From positions 1 to 62,215 of IMG/VR virus record IMGVR_UViG_3300020051_001561: DNA of 62,215 bases; one strand, written 5' to 3'. Under the pieces are notes generated by a model. It saw only the letters and a program-made list of their open reading frames with translations. It searched no databases and was not told the origin of the DNA. How positions within the stretch are numbered: the stretch's first letter is position 1; each line of letters begins with the position of its first letter. Shown one piece after another: positions 30,482-41,094 of this stretch. A program made the translations under genes and the position numbers. The stretch comes from a virus. Lineage: Duplodnaviria > Caudoviricetes.

Positions 30482-31180
30482 ATGATTAAGTCCGATATCT
30501 TTAGAAAAGAGAAAGCCGCTTTATCAAAAGCTGAGGAATTGGGTTGTGAAGGAACTCACAAACACGATGGTGGTTTCATGCCTTGTAAGTCTCACAAAGA
30601 GTGGGAGGAACTTACCTCAAACGTAGATGGAGAGATTGATGAGTTGGTTGATTTCGATGGAACAATGAATAGTTCAAAAATTCCAATCGTTGACCCTCAC
30701 GTTTCACCGAGAAAAACGACAGACCAAACTGTAGCAGCAACAAGAACGTCACAAGACCCTTACGCTTTAGGTTTCAGAAGATACGTTGGTGAAGAAGATA
30801 TGTCATCGGCATTTGGTTGGGAAGAGACCGAAGATATGGGATTTGAAGAGACAATCAAATACTTGGAAGATGAATTGGGTGTGGACAATGCCGAAGAAAG
30901 AGCTGAAGAAATGGGTAAGGACCCTAACTTAGAAAAGAAAAAAGCTGACGGAGCCTTCACAAGAATGAGACTTCAGGAAAAAGAAAAAATGTTCACCAAA
31001 GAACAAATAATGAAAATGAAAGAAGATTTGTTGGTGGATAAAGATTCAGACAATGACATCAGACCGTCAGACGAATCTGTTTCAAAAATCATTATGAGAA
31101 ATATTAAGGCACTTAAGAAGTTGGCCAATAAAGAAGGTATCAGTGTAAAACAACTTTCAAAATTATTGAACAATGAATAG
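30482..31180 (+). CDS. Hypothetical acidic protein with N-terminal DUF3721-like Cys/His motif
   Basis: KAEELGCEGTHKHDGGFMPCKSH. Confidence 0.6.
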   Translation: MIKSDIFRKEKAALSKAEELGCEGTHKHDGGFMPCKSHKEWEELTSNVDGEIDELVDFDGTMNSSKIPIVDPHVSPRKTTDQTVAATRTSQDPYALGFRRYVGEEDMSSAFGWEETEDMGFEETIKYLEDELGVDNAEERAEEMGKDPNLEKKKADGAFTRMRLQEKEKMFTKEQIMKMKEDLLVDKDSDNDIRPSDESVSKIIMRNIKALKKLANKEGISVKQLSKLLNNE

Positions 31181-31628
31181 TAACTTATACGACAGAAAGG
31201 CAAAATTACCTAAATCACTCATCAAACACTTAGAAGAGTGTGGTGGTATGGTAGAGGCAGATTCAAACACAGAAGGTTTCAACAGAAACAAAGAGTTGAG
31301 AGAGTCAGGTGTTGTTACTTACCAACAAATCAAAAGAATCAAAAACTTCTTTGATAATTTTGAAGGTAATAAAGAAGATGCCCCTTTTGTACTAAATGGT
31401 GGTGACCGTATGAACAAATGGTGTAACCACGTTTTGGACCACTGGAGAGCAGTAGATAAAGGTGGAAAGAAAAGAAAAGCCGATGGGGGAATGGAAAATC
31501 AATTTATTGATAACCATGAGAAAAATGGTATAACAATGAACCCACATGATAAACATGAAAGAGGAATAAACAAATTTGATACCACTATACAAGAAAGTAT
31601 CACTAAAAGATTCAAAAGATTAATATAA
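31173..31628 (+). CDS. Hypothetical head-associated protein
   Basis: IKRIKNFFDNF...VLNGGDRMNKW resembles a widespread phage head-morphogenesis module; overlaps the upstream stop. Confidence 0.55.
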   Translation: MNSNLYDRKAKLPKSLIKHLEECGGMVEADSNTEGFNRNKELRESGVVTYQQIKRIKNFFDNFEGNKEDAPFVLNGGDRMNKWCNHVLDHWRAVDKGGKKRKADGGMENQFIDNHEKNGITMNPHDKHERGINKFDTTIQESITKRFKRLI

Positions 31629-31629
31629 A

Positions 31630-31926
31630 ATGGCTGAACAAAACGACAAATTAGATTTCTCTCAACCAAAAAATACTATGAGTGAAATCGCTGAGAGAGA
31701 AAGAGCGAGACTTTTTCCTCGTAATGACTATTCACCAGTTTCTGACAAATATTCTGCAGAACATCCTGACGCTATTGCTGATGGTGACTCTGAAGGTAGA
31801 GGAACAGGTTCATTCTTAGACGTACATAACTTTGGTGCTGGAACGAACTTAGATATCAATGAAAGAAACGATGATATTAAGGTAAATAAGTATAACTACA
31901 AAAACGAGTACAAAGTAACTGAGTAA
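31630..31926 (+). CDS. Hypothetical protein
   Basis: Tightly packed in operon; TAATG coupling to the next gene. Confidence 0.6.
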   Translation: MAEQNDKLDFSQPKNTMSEIAERERARLFPRNDYSPVSDKYSAEHPDAIADGDSEGRGTGSFLDVHNFGAGTNLDINERNDDIKVNKYNYKNEYKVTE

Positions 31927-32321
31927 TGAAACTACAAGAAACCTTTAGAAGTGTTCTTTTGGAAGTTGCATCAATGGATGACGTTCAAAGAGCAATCAAA
32001 CAAAAACAAGTGGTTACCATTTTCTATGATGGTGACGAACCTGGTGGTCGTGGTCTTAGAACCGTAGAACCAGTATGTTTGGGTTTCTCAAAAGCAGGTA
32101 ACAGAGTAGTTAGAGTATGGGACATGGAAGGTGCTTCCCACACTGCCAGAACAGGGGAACAACCCCTACCAGGATGGAGATTAATGAGGTTAGATAAAAT
32201 TATGACACTCAAACCTACAGGTGATAACTTTACAACTCCACGACCTGGCTATAACTTTAATGGTGATAAGAGCATGACAAGAGTCATAATCAACGCACAA
32301 TTTGACAATAACAATGAATAA
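31926..32321 (+). CDS. Stand-alone WYL-domain protein
   Basis: AIKQKQVVTIFY...RTVEPVCLG...WRLMRLDKI. Confidence 0.8.
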   Translation: MKLQETFRSVLLEVASMDDVQRAIKQKQVVTIFYDGDEPGGRGLRTVEPVCLGFSKAGNRVVRVWDMEGASHTARTGEQPLPGWRLMRLDKIMTLKPTGDNFTTPRPGYNFNGDKSMTRVIINAQFDNNNE

Positions 32322-32913
32322 CGATTTAATGCAAAAATTGGCCCTATCTAAAAAGATAATGGATGCCTCAGATAAAATTAAGCCAGGTCAGACACAAGGT
32401 GGTCTACCTATGACAGAGAATATTAATGCAACATATAATATTCCTCAGGATATGGTTCAACAACCAGTCCCTCAACAACCGACACAACAAATGGTACAAG
32501 CTCAACAAATGTCTCAACCACAACCAGTGACTGAAAGTAAAATTCAAAATTCTAAGTTACCTGATGAAATCAAACAATTGATGATGGAACACCCTATCCA
32601 ACAACCATCTTTCGGTGGTGGTAGTGGTACAGTTCTTTCAGATGATATTATCGAAGGTGCACAGAGACTGATGGGTAATACACCTAACCAAACCGTTAAC
32701 GAATCGGTAAATATACCGACAACAAACAATTCGGACTTAAAACAAATGATTCGTGATGTTGTTAGAGATACTGTTAGGGATGTAGTCAGAGAAGAACTAC
32801 AAAGTGCTGGAATGATTATGGAAGGTAACACAAAAACCAACGAATCATTACAACTTAGAGTTGGTAAGCACGTATTCGAAGGTAAGGTTACAAAAATCAA
32901 GAAAGTAAAATAA
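32314..32913 (+). CDS. Hypothetical Q/P-rich protein (ATG start likely at 32314)
   Basis: MNNDLMQKLALSKKIM...; SKLPDEIKQLMMEHPI; overlaps the WYL stop. Confidence 0.65.
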   Translation: MNNDLMQKLALSKKIMDASDKIKPGQTQGGLPMTENINATYNIPQDMVQQPVPQQPTQQMVQAQQMSQPQPVTESKIQNSKLPDEIKQLMMEHPIQQPSFGGGSGTVLSDDIIEGAQRLMGNTPNQTVNESVNIPTTNNSDLKQMIRDVVRDTVRDVVREELQSAGMIMEGNTKTNESLQLRVGKHVFEGKVTKIKKVK

Positions 32914-32968
32914 CCACCCCCTTTTCTTATTACTGATTTTATCTTATACTTTTAACAAAATTGAAAGT

Positions 32969-34186
32969 ATGTCAAAGATAAAAGTATTAGTATTACCCTC
33001 CGACAGAACAGGTGTGGGTAAATTTCGTTCTGTTGAACCTCACATTTTCTTACAACAGGCAAAGCCTGAAGAATTTCACATAGATATTGATTATGAACCT
33101 AAGGTTAACGACCTGAATTATTGGAAACAATATAATATGGTTCATTTTCATAGGTCTATTGGTAGAGACCCTGTGGCTTCTGTTGAGTTAATTAAAAAAC
33201 TTAACGGAATGGGTATTGTAACCGTAATGGATTTGGACGATTATTGGTTACCAACTAAGGACCACCCTGCACATAATTTGGTAGTTCGAAATGAATTACA
33301 CAAAAGAATTATTGATAACTTAAGAGTTGCACAATATGTGACAACAACCACAACTATATTTGCTGAAGAGATTAAGAAGATTAACAAAAACGTTTTTATC
33401 TTACCTAACGCTATCAATCCCGATGAACCACAATTCAAAGCAGAAACACAACCGTCCGACAAATTAAGGTTTGGTTGGTTAGGTGGTTCTTCACACTTAG
33501 AAGACCTAAAACTTTTAGATGGTACTTTTGGTAAACTTAATAGTGTAAAAGATAAATACCGTCTTTATCTATGTGGTTTCGATATTCGTGGCAGTGTCAC
33601 AGAAATCAACCCACAAACAGGTGAGCAAAAACAAAGAACAATCAAACCACACGAAACTGTATGGTACAGTTATGAAAAGATTTTCACTAATAACTACAAA
33701 TTGGTAACTCCTGAACAAAAAGATTTCTTAGAAAAGTTCACACCAAATGAACCATACACATTAGAAGAAGACCCATTCTATACTCGTGTTTGGACGGAAC
33801 CTGTAACTTCATACGCTAAGAATTACTCTAACTTTGACGTTTCATTGGCACCACTTAAAAATCACATCTTTAATAGAGTTAAATCACAATTAAAAGTTAT
33901 TGAGGCAGGTTTTTACAAAAAGGCATTGATTGCATCAGATATTGGTCCTTACACCATCGACTTGAAACATTCATTACAAAATGGTAACTTTGTGGATGGA
34001 AACGCTTTGTTGGTTAAAGAAAATAGAAATCATTCTGATTGGTCTAAGTTTATGAAAAAACTTATCGATAACCCGTCATGGGCTGAAGATTTGGGTGAGA
34101 GACTATATGAAACCGTATCAAAGACTTACGACTTAAATATCGTTACTGAAACACGAGCACAAATTTATAAGGAGATTACAAAATGA
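32969..34186 (+). CDS. GT-B (GT4-like) glycosyltransferase
   Basis: DLDDYW, LPNAI, FGWLGGSSH, DVSLAPL...FNRVKSQLKVIEAG...IASDIGPY. Confidence 0.85.
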   Translation: MSKIKVLVLPSDRTGVGKFRSVEPHIFLQQAKPEEFHIDIDYEPKVNDLNYWKQYNMVHFHRSIGRDPVASVELIKKLNGMGIVTVMDLDDYWLPTKDHPAHNLVVRNELHKRIIDNLRVAQYVTTTTTIFAEEIKKINKNVFILPNAINPDEPQFKAETQPSDKLRFGWLGGSSHLEDLKLLDGTFGKLNSVKDKYRLYLCGFDIRGSVTEINPQTGEQKQRTIKPHETVWYSYEKIFTNNYKLVTPEQKDFLEKFTPNEPYTLEEDPFYTRVWTEPVTSYAKNYSNFDVSLAPLKNHIFNRVKSQLKVIEAGFYKKALIASDIGPYTIDLKHSLQNGNFVDGNALLVKENRNHSDWSKFMKKLIDNPSWAEDLGERLYETVSKTYDLNIVTETRAQIYKEITK

Positions 34187-34884
34187 TAAACGCACCAAAG
34201 ACAAAACTATTATTTTTTGACTTAGAAACTGTTGGTATTGAACAGGACTTCAAGACATTGAAAAAGAACAAACCCGAACTTGCAAAATTGTTCGAGTCCT
34301 ACCAAGGTTGGTTATTAAAACGATACCCTGAAGAGGAAGGTAATTCCATCGAGGAAATGTTTTACAACAAAGCTGCCCTTATTCCTGAGTTTGCAAAAAT
34401 TATAGTGGCGTCTTTCGCCTTTTATGCTCCCGATGGGAAAATACACAAACAAACATTCTCCTCAGATGAAGAGATTGAAGTATTGACAGAAATCAAAAAT
34501 CTACTCACCAAAGTGGGTAAATTGGATTTCTTCCTTTGTGGACATAATATTAAAAACTTTGACATCCCAATGATTGGTAAACGAATGATTATCAATGGGA
34601 TGAAACCACCAGCACTTATCCCACAATACGATACAAAACCGTGGGACATCAAAGCGGTGGATACAATGGAGATTTGGAAGTTCGGAAATAACTTCTCAAT
34701 GGCTTCATTAGAACTTATGTGTGTTTCCATGGGTGTATCATCACCAAAAGAAGGTGAGGTTACAGGAAACATCGTACATCAAACTTATTGGGAAACTGAA
34801 GCATTAGACCCCATCGCAGCATATTGTGAAGAAGATGTTGATGTATTGGCAAAATTAATGGATAAAATTTATAATTTAGTATAA
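34183..34884 (+). CDS. PolB-like 3'-5' exonuclease (DEDD)
   Basis: FFDLETV, GHNIKNFDIP, YCEEDV. Confidence 0.85.
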   Translation: MINAPKTKLLFFDLETVGIEQDFKTLKKNKPELAKLFESYQGWLLKRYPEEEGNSIEEMFYNKAALIPEFAKIIVASFAFYAPDGKIHKQTFSSDEEIEVLTEIKNLLTKVGKLDFFLCGHNIKNFDIPMIGKRMIINGMKPPALIPQYDTKPWDIKAVDTMEIWKFGNNFSMASLELMCVSMGVSSPKEGEVTGNIVHQTYWETEALDPIAAYCEEDVDVLAKLMDKIYNLV

Positions 34885-35483
34885 TGGGAAAATTTAAGGA
34901 TATGACAGAGGGTCTTAAAATGTTGAAAGACCTACAAAAGAATTTAGGTGGCATGAGTAGCATGACCGACCCACAAGAAATGTTGAGTTCATTAGGTTTG
35001 GATATGGACCAAATAAATGAACAGTTTATTCAACAAACCGCACCAAAAACAGTATTACGATACTCATACAAATCAGTAAACAAAGAACCTGAATACGCTT
35101 ACCCAACAGACTCAGGATTTGATTTAAGAGCCAATGAAAAAGTTACATTGGGTCCATTGGAAAGATACTTAGTACCGACAGGTCTATTCTTAGACATCCC
35201 TGAAGGTTACGAAGTTCAGGTTAGACCTAAGAGTGGCTTAGCAATCAAAAAAGGTTTATCTGTGGTAAACACACCAGGAACTGTAGACCAAGGGTACACA
35301 GGTGAAATTAAGGTTATTCTTATTAACCTCAGCAATGAAACACACACAATAGAAGTTGGTGATAAGATTGCTCAAGCAGTTTTAACTCCTGTAATGTCGG
35401 GTAAATATGTAAACCTACAAAGAGTCCTTAATGTCGACGATAAAGACCGTGGAGATAACGGTTTTGGTTCAACAGGAAACTAA
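34884..35483 (+). CDS. dut: Trimeric dUTPase with ~50 aa N-terminal extension
   Basis: SGFDL, RPKSGLA, GTVDQGYTGE, IAQAV, RGDNGFGSTG. Confidence 0.93.
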   Translation: MGKFKDMTEGLKMLKDLQKNLGGMSSMTDPQEMLSSLGLDMDQINEQFIQQTAPKTVLRYSYKSVNKEPEYAYPTDSGFDLRANEKVTLGPLERYLVPTGLFLDIPEGYEVQVRPKSGLAIKKGLSVVNTPGTVDQGYTGEIKVILINLSNETHTIEVGDKIAQAVLTPVMSGKYVNLQRVLNVDDKDRGDNGFGSTGN

Positions 35484-35484
35484 T

Positions 35485-37674
35485 ATGTTAACAATAGGAT
35501 ATAGTACAAAAAAGATAGACCCTGAATTTAGAGAATATATTGAGAAATCGTGTGGGTTAAAAGGTGTTGAAGTAATCCCATTTGAAAACCCTGGTACACA
35601 TTCACTCACCGAAGCGTATAATATCATTCTTGAGAAATCAACGAATGATATTGTTGTGCTTTGTCACGACGACATTTATTTTGAAAAAGGTAATTGGGGT
35701 AACAAAGTATTGAAACATTTCAAAAGAAATCCTGAATACGGGATTATTGGAGTTGCGGGTTCTAAGTTCATGCCAAAATCAGGTATGTGGTGGGAAATAC
35801 CTACTGAAATGTATGGTGTAGTAAATCACGAACATGAAGGAAAAAAATGGACATCAAAATATAGTGAACCAAAAGGTAATAAATTGGACCAAACCGTTTT
35901 AGTAGATGGTCTTTTTATGGTGGTAAACAAACCAAACCTAAAAACTCAATTTAATGAAGAGGTTAAAGGGTTCCATTTCTATGAAGTAGACTTCTGTTTT
36001 AGAAACTTATTAGAAGACGTAAAGATAGGTGTTTTTTATGATGTTAGAATTACGCATAAGTCTATTGGTATGACCAATGAACAATGGGAAAAAAATAGAC
36101 AACAATTTGTAAAAACCTATCAGGACAAATTACCTGTTTTACTTCCAACAAACTTCATAAAAAAACCAGTTAAAAATAATGAACCTTTAGTCACAATTGC
36201 AATGCCCATTTACAACTATGCAAAAAGACTAAATCCAACACTACAGTCAGTATTTAATCAAGATTATACCAACTTTGAAATTGTCATAGTAAATGACGGT
36301 TCAGACGATGAATATTGTCTAATGAAGTTAAATTCTTTAGATGGTCATGAAGGAATTAGAATAATACACAAAGAAAATAGTGGAGTTTCATCGACAAGAA
36401 ATCGTGCAGTTAAAGAAGGTAAAGGTGAATATATACTACCTTTGGATGCGGATGATATGATTTTACCTTCATATATTAAACAAGCTGTTGGTATATTAAA
36501 AACTAATCCTAATATAAGCCCAGTCTATTGTGATACGCACCACGTTGGTGAACTACAAGGAATAGAAAAAAGACCTAACTGGAGTACAGACCAACTAATG
36601 AAAGGTCCATTTATTGTTAATAGCTCATTATACCGTCGAGAGGCATATGAATATGTTGGAGGTTATGATGAAACACTACAAGGTTGGGAAGATTATGATT
36701 TTTGGATAAGGATGTCTAAGGAGGGTTACGAGGGTAAACATATACCTAAACCCCTATTTGTGTATTTTCACCACGAAAAAGACGGTTCAGTTTCTACTGA
36801 AGCAAACAAAGACCAACAAAAACTGTACGAAACCATAATGAAGAAAAATTTCATGAATACTCAGACTTATGTTTTCAATGATAGAAATATAACACCTGAC
36901 AATAAAATGAACTGGGGTGATTTAGTACCCTATAAAATCATTAATGAATTGTTTGATTCTAATGTAAAAGAGAGTGACGTATTCAATGTAAAACAACCTA
37001 ACGCAAATTATACAATATACTCAACAGGTAGTGTGATGTTATTCACTAAACCAAATAGTATTGTGTGGGGGACAGGATGTATAGATAAGGGTATGATTGG
37101 TCAAAACCCAAGTAAAGTTTATGCCGTTAGAGGACCCTTAACCCGAGAAGAATTATTAAAAAGAGGGATTGAATGTCCTGAAGTTTATGGTGACCCAGCC
37201 CTACTTTATCCAATGATATATAATCCAAATATAGAAAAGAAACACAAATGGGGAATTATACCTCATTACATTGAATTTGAATCTGCCAGAGACAGAGAGG
37301 TACTTAAAAACCTTGAAAACCAAGGATTTAAGATTATCGACATCTGTTCAGGAGAAAAGGAATTTATAAACGAATTACTTGAGGTTGAAAACATTTTATC
37401 GTCAAGTCTTCATGGTTTAATTATGGCAGATGCTTATGGGATTCCTAACGCAAGGGTAAACATCTCAAATAAACTTATAGGTGGAGATTTTAAGTTCAAA
37501 GATTATTGTTTATCTGTAGATAGAAAAATTGACTTAGGTTATCAACTGACTAAGGACACCAAAATAAGTGATATCGAAAATATATATTTTAATAAATCAA
37601 TTAAGTTTGATAGTAATAAATTATTAAACTCTTCACCATGGAGTTTGAAAAAAATAAAACAATATGAAATATAA
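35485..37674 (+). CDS. Three-domain enzyme: GT2-like + GT2 + polysaccharide pyruvyltransferase (ATG start likely at 35485)
   Basis: LCHDDI...FHFYEVDFC; IVNDGSDD, LPLDADD, WEDYDFW; NWGD, WGTG, AVRGPLT, GDPAL, SSSLHGLIMADAYGIP. Confidence 0.85.
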   Translation: MLTIGYSTKKIDPEFREYIEKSCGLKGVEVIPFENPGTHSLTEAYNIILEKSTNDIVVLCHDDIYFEKGNWGNKVLKHFKRNPEYGIIGVAGSKFMPKSGMWWEIPTEMYGVVNHEHEGKKWTSKYSEPKGNKLDQTVLVDGLFMVVNKPNLKTQFNEEVKGFHFYEVDFCFRNLLEDVKIGVFYDVRITHKSIGMTNEQWEKNRQQFVKTYQDKLPVLLPTNFIKKPVKNNEPLVTIAMPIYNYAKRLNPTLQSVFNQDYTNFEIVIVNDGSDDEYCLMKLNSLDGHEGIRIIHKENSGVSSTRNRAVKEGKGEYILPLDADDMILPSYIKQAVGILKTNPNISPVYCDTHHVGELQGIEKRPNWSTDQLMKGPFIVNSSLYRREAYEYVGGYDETLQGWEDYDFWIRMSKEGYEGKHIPKPLFVYFHHEKDGSVSTEANKDQQKLYETIMKKNFMNTQTYVFNDRNITPDNKMNWGDLVPYKIINELFDSNVKESDVFNVKQPNANYTIYSTGSVMLFTKPNSIVWGTGCIDKGMIGQNPSKVYAVRGPLTREELLKRGIECPEVYGDPALLYPMIYNPNIEKKHKWGIIPHYIEFESARDREVLKNLENQGFKIIDICSGEKEFINELLEVENILSSSLHGLIMADAYGIPNARVNISNKLIGGDFKFKDYCLSVDRKIDLGYQLTKDTKISDIENIYFNKSIKFDSNKLLNSSPWSLKKIKQYEI

Positions 37675-38524
37675 TTTTGACTACATACTGAATAACATCA
37701 AAACATCTGAGTTTATTTCAGAACCTTTTGAACATCTTTTGATTGATGATTTCTTATCTCAAGAACACTTTAATTTATTAATTAATAATAAACAAATCCA
37801 TTTTGAGGAGGTAAACAGTAATAATGATTTAAGGGATAGATTACACAAAAACAATTTTCAACCAATCCCTTTTCCTGGATGTACTACTAACGAAGACTTA
37901 TATTTTGAATTATTAGAACAGGGTAGGTTAAACGAAGCAAAAACTGAAGGAGATTCTGAAGGTGTGGGAATTGCATATAATTTAACCAATACAAATGATG
38001 ATTTTATAAAACATTTAATGCATTTTCTTAATAGTAATATATTCAAAAGTACGTTAGAAAATAAATTCAATATAAATCAAGAAACTAGAGTTACCACTAG
38101 AATTCAAAAATATTTAACAGGTTATGAAATATCACCTCACCCCGATATTCGTCAAAAAGCATTAACCTATCTTTTGAATATTAATAAAAATAAAGAATCT
38201 GAAAATCTTAATATCCATACATCACTACTAAAATTAAAAGAAGATTATAACTTTATTTATGATTATTGGAACAAGAATACCAAAGAAAACAGAGCTTGGG
38301 TTTCGTGGGATTGGTGTGATATCGAAAAAACAGTCACTAAAAATAATAGTATGGTTATCTTCAAACCTACTGACTATTCATTACATGCGGTAAAGTTAGA
38401 TTACGACCATCTAAAACAACAAAGGACTCAAATTTATGGTAATCTTATGTTTAGTTATCCTCCAAGATATGCAACTCAAAATATTAGTAAATTTAGAGAA
38501 ATGATTGAACGTGGACAACGATAA
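37664..38524 (+). CDS. 2OG-Fe(II) oxygenase-like protein
   Basis: EPFEHLLIDDF, HxD (PHPD), distal His (SLHAV), C-terminal Arg (QRTQI). Confidence 0.7.
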   Translation: MKYNFDYILNNIKTSEFISEPFEHLLIDDFLSQEHFNLLINNKQIHFEEVNSNNDLRDRLHKNNFQPIPFPGCTTNEDLYFELLEQGRLNEAKTEGDSEGVGIAYNLTNTNDDFIKHLMHFLNSNIFKSTLENKFNINQETRVTTRIQKYLTGYEISPHPDIRQKALTYLLNINKNKESENLNIHTSLLKLKEDYNFIYDYWNKNTKENRAWVSWDWCDIEKTVTKNNSMVIFKPTDYSLHAVKLDYDHLKQQRTQIYGNLMFSYPPRYATQNISKFREMIERGQR

Positions 38525-39104
38525 TATTGCTTTTATACATATAAATAAATGCGGGGGTACAAGTATCAAATATGTAAATCCCGAAAAAAAACTTATCTAT
38601 ATGGCATTAAACAATGATTACTTACTTAATCTAAAAAATAACAAGTCTTGGAGAGATATTGAAAAAATAACATTTGTTAGAAATCCATATAATAGAATAA
38701 TTTCATTGTTTTGTATGTCGGTTAGAGACCAATATAAATTCACATTTGATGAAATTATTAATATTATTACTGATGATAGTATAAAATATCGTGCTGAAGA
38801 TGGTGGAATGATTAAGAACACTAAAGAGTATATTAAAAGACACGGTTTACCAATGACACACGAACATTACTCAGTATATGATAAAGAAACTAAAACATTA
38901 AATGTTGACCATGTTTTTAAGATTGAAGAAATAAGTGAAAAATCTAATATAATAAAGAAATTACTAGGTATTACACAAGATATTCCACACAAAAATAAAA
39001 CCTCTAATTGTGTCGATTTAGATTACTTTAGTAAAGAACAAATAAGAAAAATAAATGATTATTTTCATTTAGACTTCTCAATTTTTAATTATGAAAAATT
39101 ATGA
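38505..39104 (+). CDS. Sulfotransferase family protein
   Basis: PAPS-binding FIHINKCGGTSI and FVRNPYNRIISLF; C-terminal DFSIFNY. Confidence 0.8.
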   Translation: MNVDNDNIAFIHINKCGGTSIKYVNPEKKLIYMALNNDYLLNLKNNKSWRDIEKITFVRNPYNRIISLFCMSVRDQYKFTFDEIINIITDDSIKYRAEDGGMIKNTKEYIKRHGLPMTHEHYSVYDKETKTLNVDHVFKIEEISEKSNIIKKLLGITQDIPHKNKTSNCVDLDYFSKEQIRKINDYFHLDFSIFNYEKL

Positions 39105-39931
39105 ATAATAAAAAAATAGTCGGAGTAATTGGTAATGGATTCGTTGGTGAATCTCAGATTTTTGCATTCTCACCAATATCCGAAATCCGTGTTTATGATG
39201 TGGACCCATTAAAATCCACACATACAAAAGAAGAAACTCATGAGTCTGACTTCATATTCGTTTGCGTACCCACACCAATGGATATGGGTGGTAATCAGGA
39301 CCTATCGTATATAGAAAAGGTATTTAGAGACTCTAAAGAGGGTCCGATTTACATTATTAAATCTACGGTATTACCTGGTACCACAGAAATGTTACAAAGA
39401 CAATATCCTCATCTTAACATTATATTCTCACCTGAGTTCTTAACTGAGAGAACTGCAAAGTTAGATATGTTAACTCAAGCCAGAGTTATCTTCGGAGGAG
39501 ATAAAGTATTAACTGAGAGAGTTGAAGAATTGTTTTCTGAGAGATTCATGAATAGACATTTTATACATACCGACTCTAAAACTGCTGAGTTCATAAAATA
39601 TATGAACAACACTTTCTTCGCCACTAAGGTATCGTTAATGAACGAATATTATAGACTTGCTCAGTTAGTAGATGTTAATTGGGACGATGCACTTTATGGT
39701 TTTGCATCGGATGGACGAGTGGGTGACTCACACTTACACGTACCAGGTCCTGATGGTAAAGTTGGTTTTGGTGGTACTTGTTTCCCCAAAGATATAAATG
39801 CCTTAATTAACATGTCCAAAGAGGTGGGTGTAAATATGAATGTTTTGGAGGCCGCTTGGAAAACTAACTTAGAAATAAGACCAGAACAAGATTGGAATAA
39901 ATTAAAGGGTAGGGCAATATCAGACAAATGA
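39101..39931 (+). CDS. UDP-glucose/GDP-mannose dehydrogenase family, short form
   Basis: GNGFVG, CVPTP, IKSTVLPG, SPEFL, KYMNNTF, GFGGTCFPKD. Confidence 0.88.
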   Translation: MNNKKIVGVIGNGFVGESQIFAFSPISEIRVYDVDPLKSTHTKEETHESDFIFVCVPTPMDMGGNQDLSYIEKVFRDSKEGPIYIIKSTVLPGTTEMLQRQYPHLNIIFSPEFLTERTAKLDMLTQARVIFGGDKVLTERVEELFSERFMNRHFIHTDSKTAEFIKYMNNTFFATKVSLMNEYYRLAQLVDVNWDDALYGFASDGRVGDSHLHVPGPDGKVGFGGTCFPKDINALINMSKEVGVNMNVLEAAWKTNLEIRPEQDWNKLKGRAISDK

Positions 39932-41094
39932 AAAAAATAGGAGTTATCGGTGTTGGAAAGTTAGGATTATCTTTCGCACTATTGGCAGAAAATATGGGTT
40001 TTGAAGTATGGGGTTCTGATATATCAGAAGATTATATAAATCACCTAAAAAATAAAACCCTTAAAAGTAATGAACCTTATATTGAAGAATTCCTTAAAGG
40101 TTCCAATAACTTTCACCCAACAATACACAATGTTGATGTAATTGAAAATTGTGATATCATCTTCACTTTTGTACCTACACCATCATTACCAACGGGTGAG
40201 TATAATCACAAATATGTAGAAGAGGTTGTTGATGTTTTTGATGCAATGTATCAAACTGGTCACGATTTAGCGGGTAAGATATTTGTTGTCGGTTGTACCA
40301 CAAATCCAGGTTATTGTGACACTGTAACTGAACGACTCTCAGAATATGGAATGGACGTTTGTTACAATCCTGAGTTTATTGCTCAAGGAGATATTGTAAA
40401 CGGTCTAAAATATGCCGATATGGTCCTTATTGGGACCTCATCAATGGAAGAAGTGGAAAGGGTAAAAGACGTTTATAAAACATTAATGGGAGACGAAAAC
40501 CCTAACTTTAATGTTATGTCCAACACCGCCGCTGAAATCACTAAAATAGCCGTTAATTGTTACCTAACCACTAAAATATCATTCGCCAATATGATTGGTG
40601 AGATTTGTCATAATACCGGTATTGGTGATGAAGTATCAACAGTATTATCAGCAATTGGTGATGACAGTAGAGTTGGTAAAAAATATCTTAATTATGGGTT
40701 TGGTTTTGGTGGTCCGTGTTTACCACGAGACAACAGAGCATTAGGTGTTCACGCCGAGAAGGTAGGTTTAGAAATTAATTTACCTTTAGAGATTGATAAG
40801 TTTAATATTGAGCACCACAAGTACTTAGTGAATCAATATGTTGCAAAATACCCTGATAGAAATACAACATTTGTTTTCGATTCTGTCACATATAAGAAGG
40901 GTGTGAATATATTAGAAGAATCACAACAATTAAACCTTCTTTTATCATTACTTGGTGAAGGATACAACTGTGTCGTAATTGAGGAATATGAAATCATTAA
41001 AACTTTAGAAGAACCCTTATCAAGAGCATATGGTGAAAGAATAAAATTTCAACCTTTAGGAACTATATCTGAAGGTGTAAAAATTATATTATGA
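39928..41094 (+). CDS. UDP-glucose/GDP-mannose dehydrogenase family
   Basis: GVGKLG, VPTP, YNPEFIAQG, GFGGPCLPRD. Confidence 0.88.
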   Translation: MKKIGVIGVGKLGLSFALLAENMGFEVWGSDISEDYINHLKNKTLKSNEPYIEEFLKGSNNFHPTIHNVDVIENCDIIFTFVPTPSLPTGEYNHKYVEEVVDVFDAMYQTGHDLAGKIFVVGCTTNPGYCDTVTERLSEYGMDVCYNPEFIAQGDIVNGLKYADMVLIGTSSMEEVERVKDVYKTLMGDENPNFNVMSNTAAEITKIAVNCYLTTKISFANMIGEICHNTGIGDEVSTVLSAIGDDSRVGKKYLNYGFGFGGPCLPRDNRALGVHAEKVGLEINLPLEIDKFNIEHHKYLVNQYVAKYPDRNTTFVFDSVTYKKGVNILEESQQLNLLLSLLGEGYNCVVIEEYEIIKTLEEPLSRAYGERIKFQPLGTISEGVKIIL

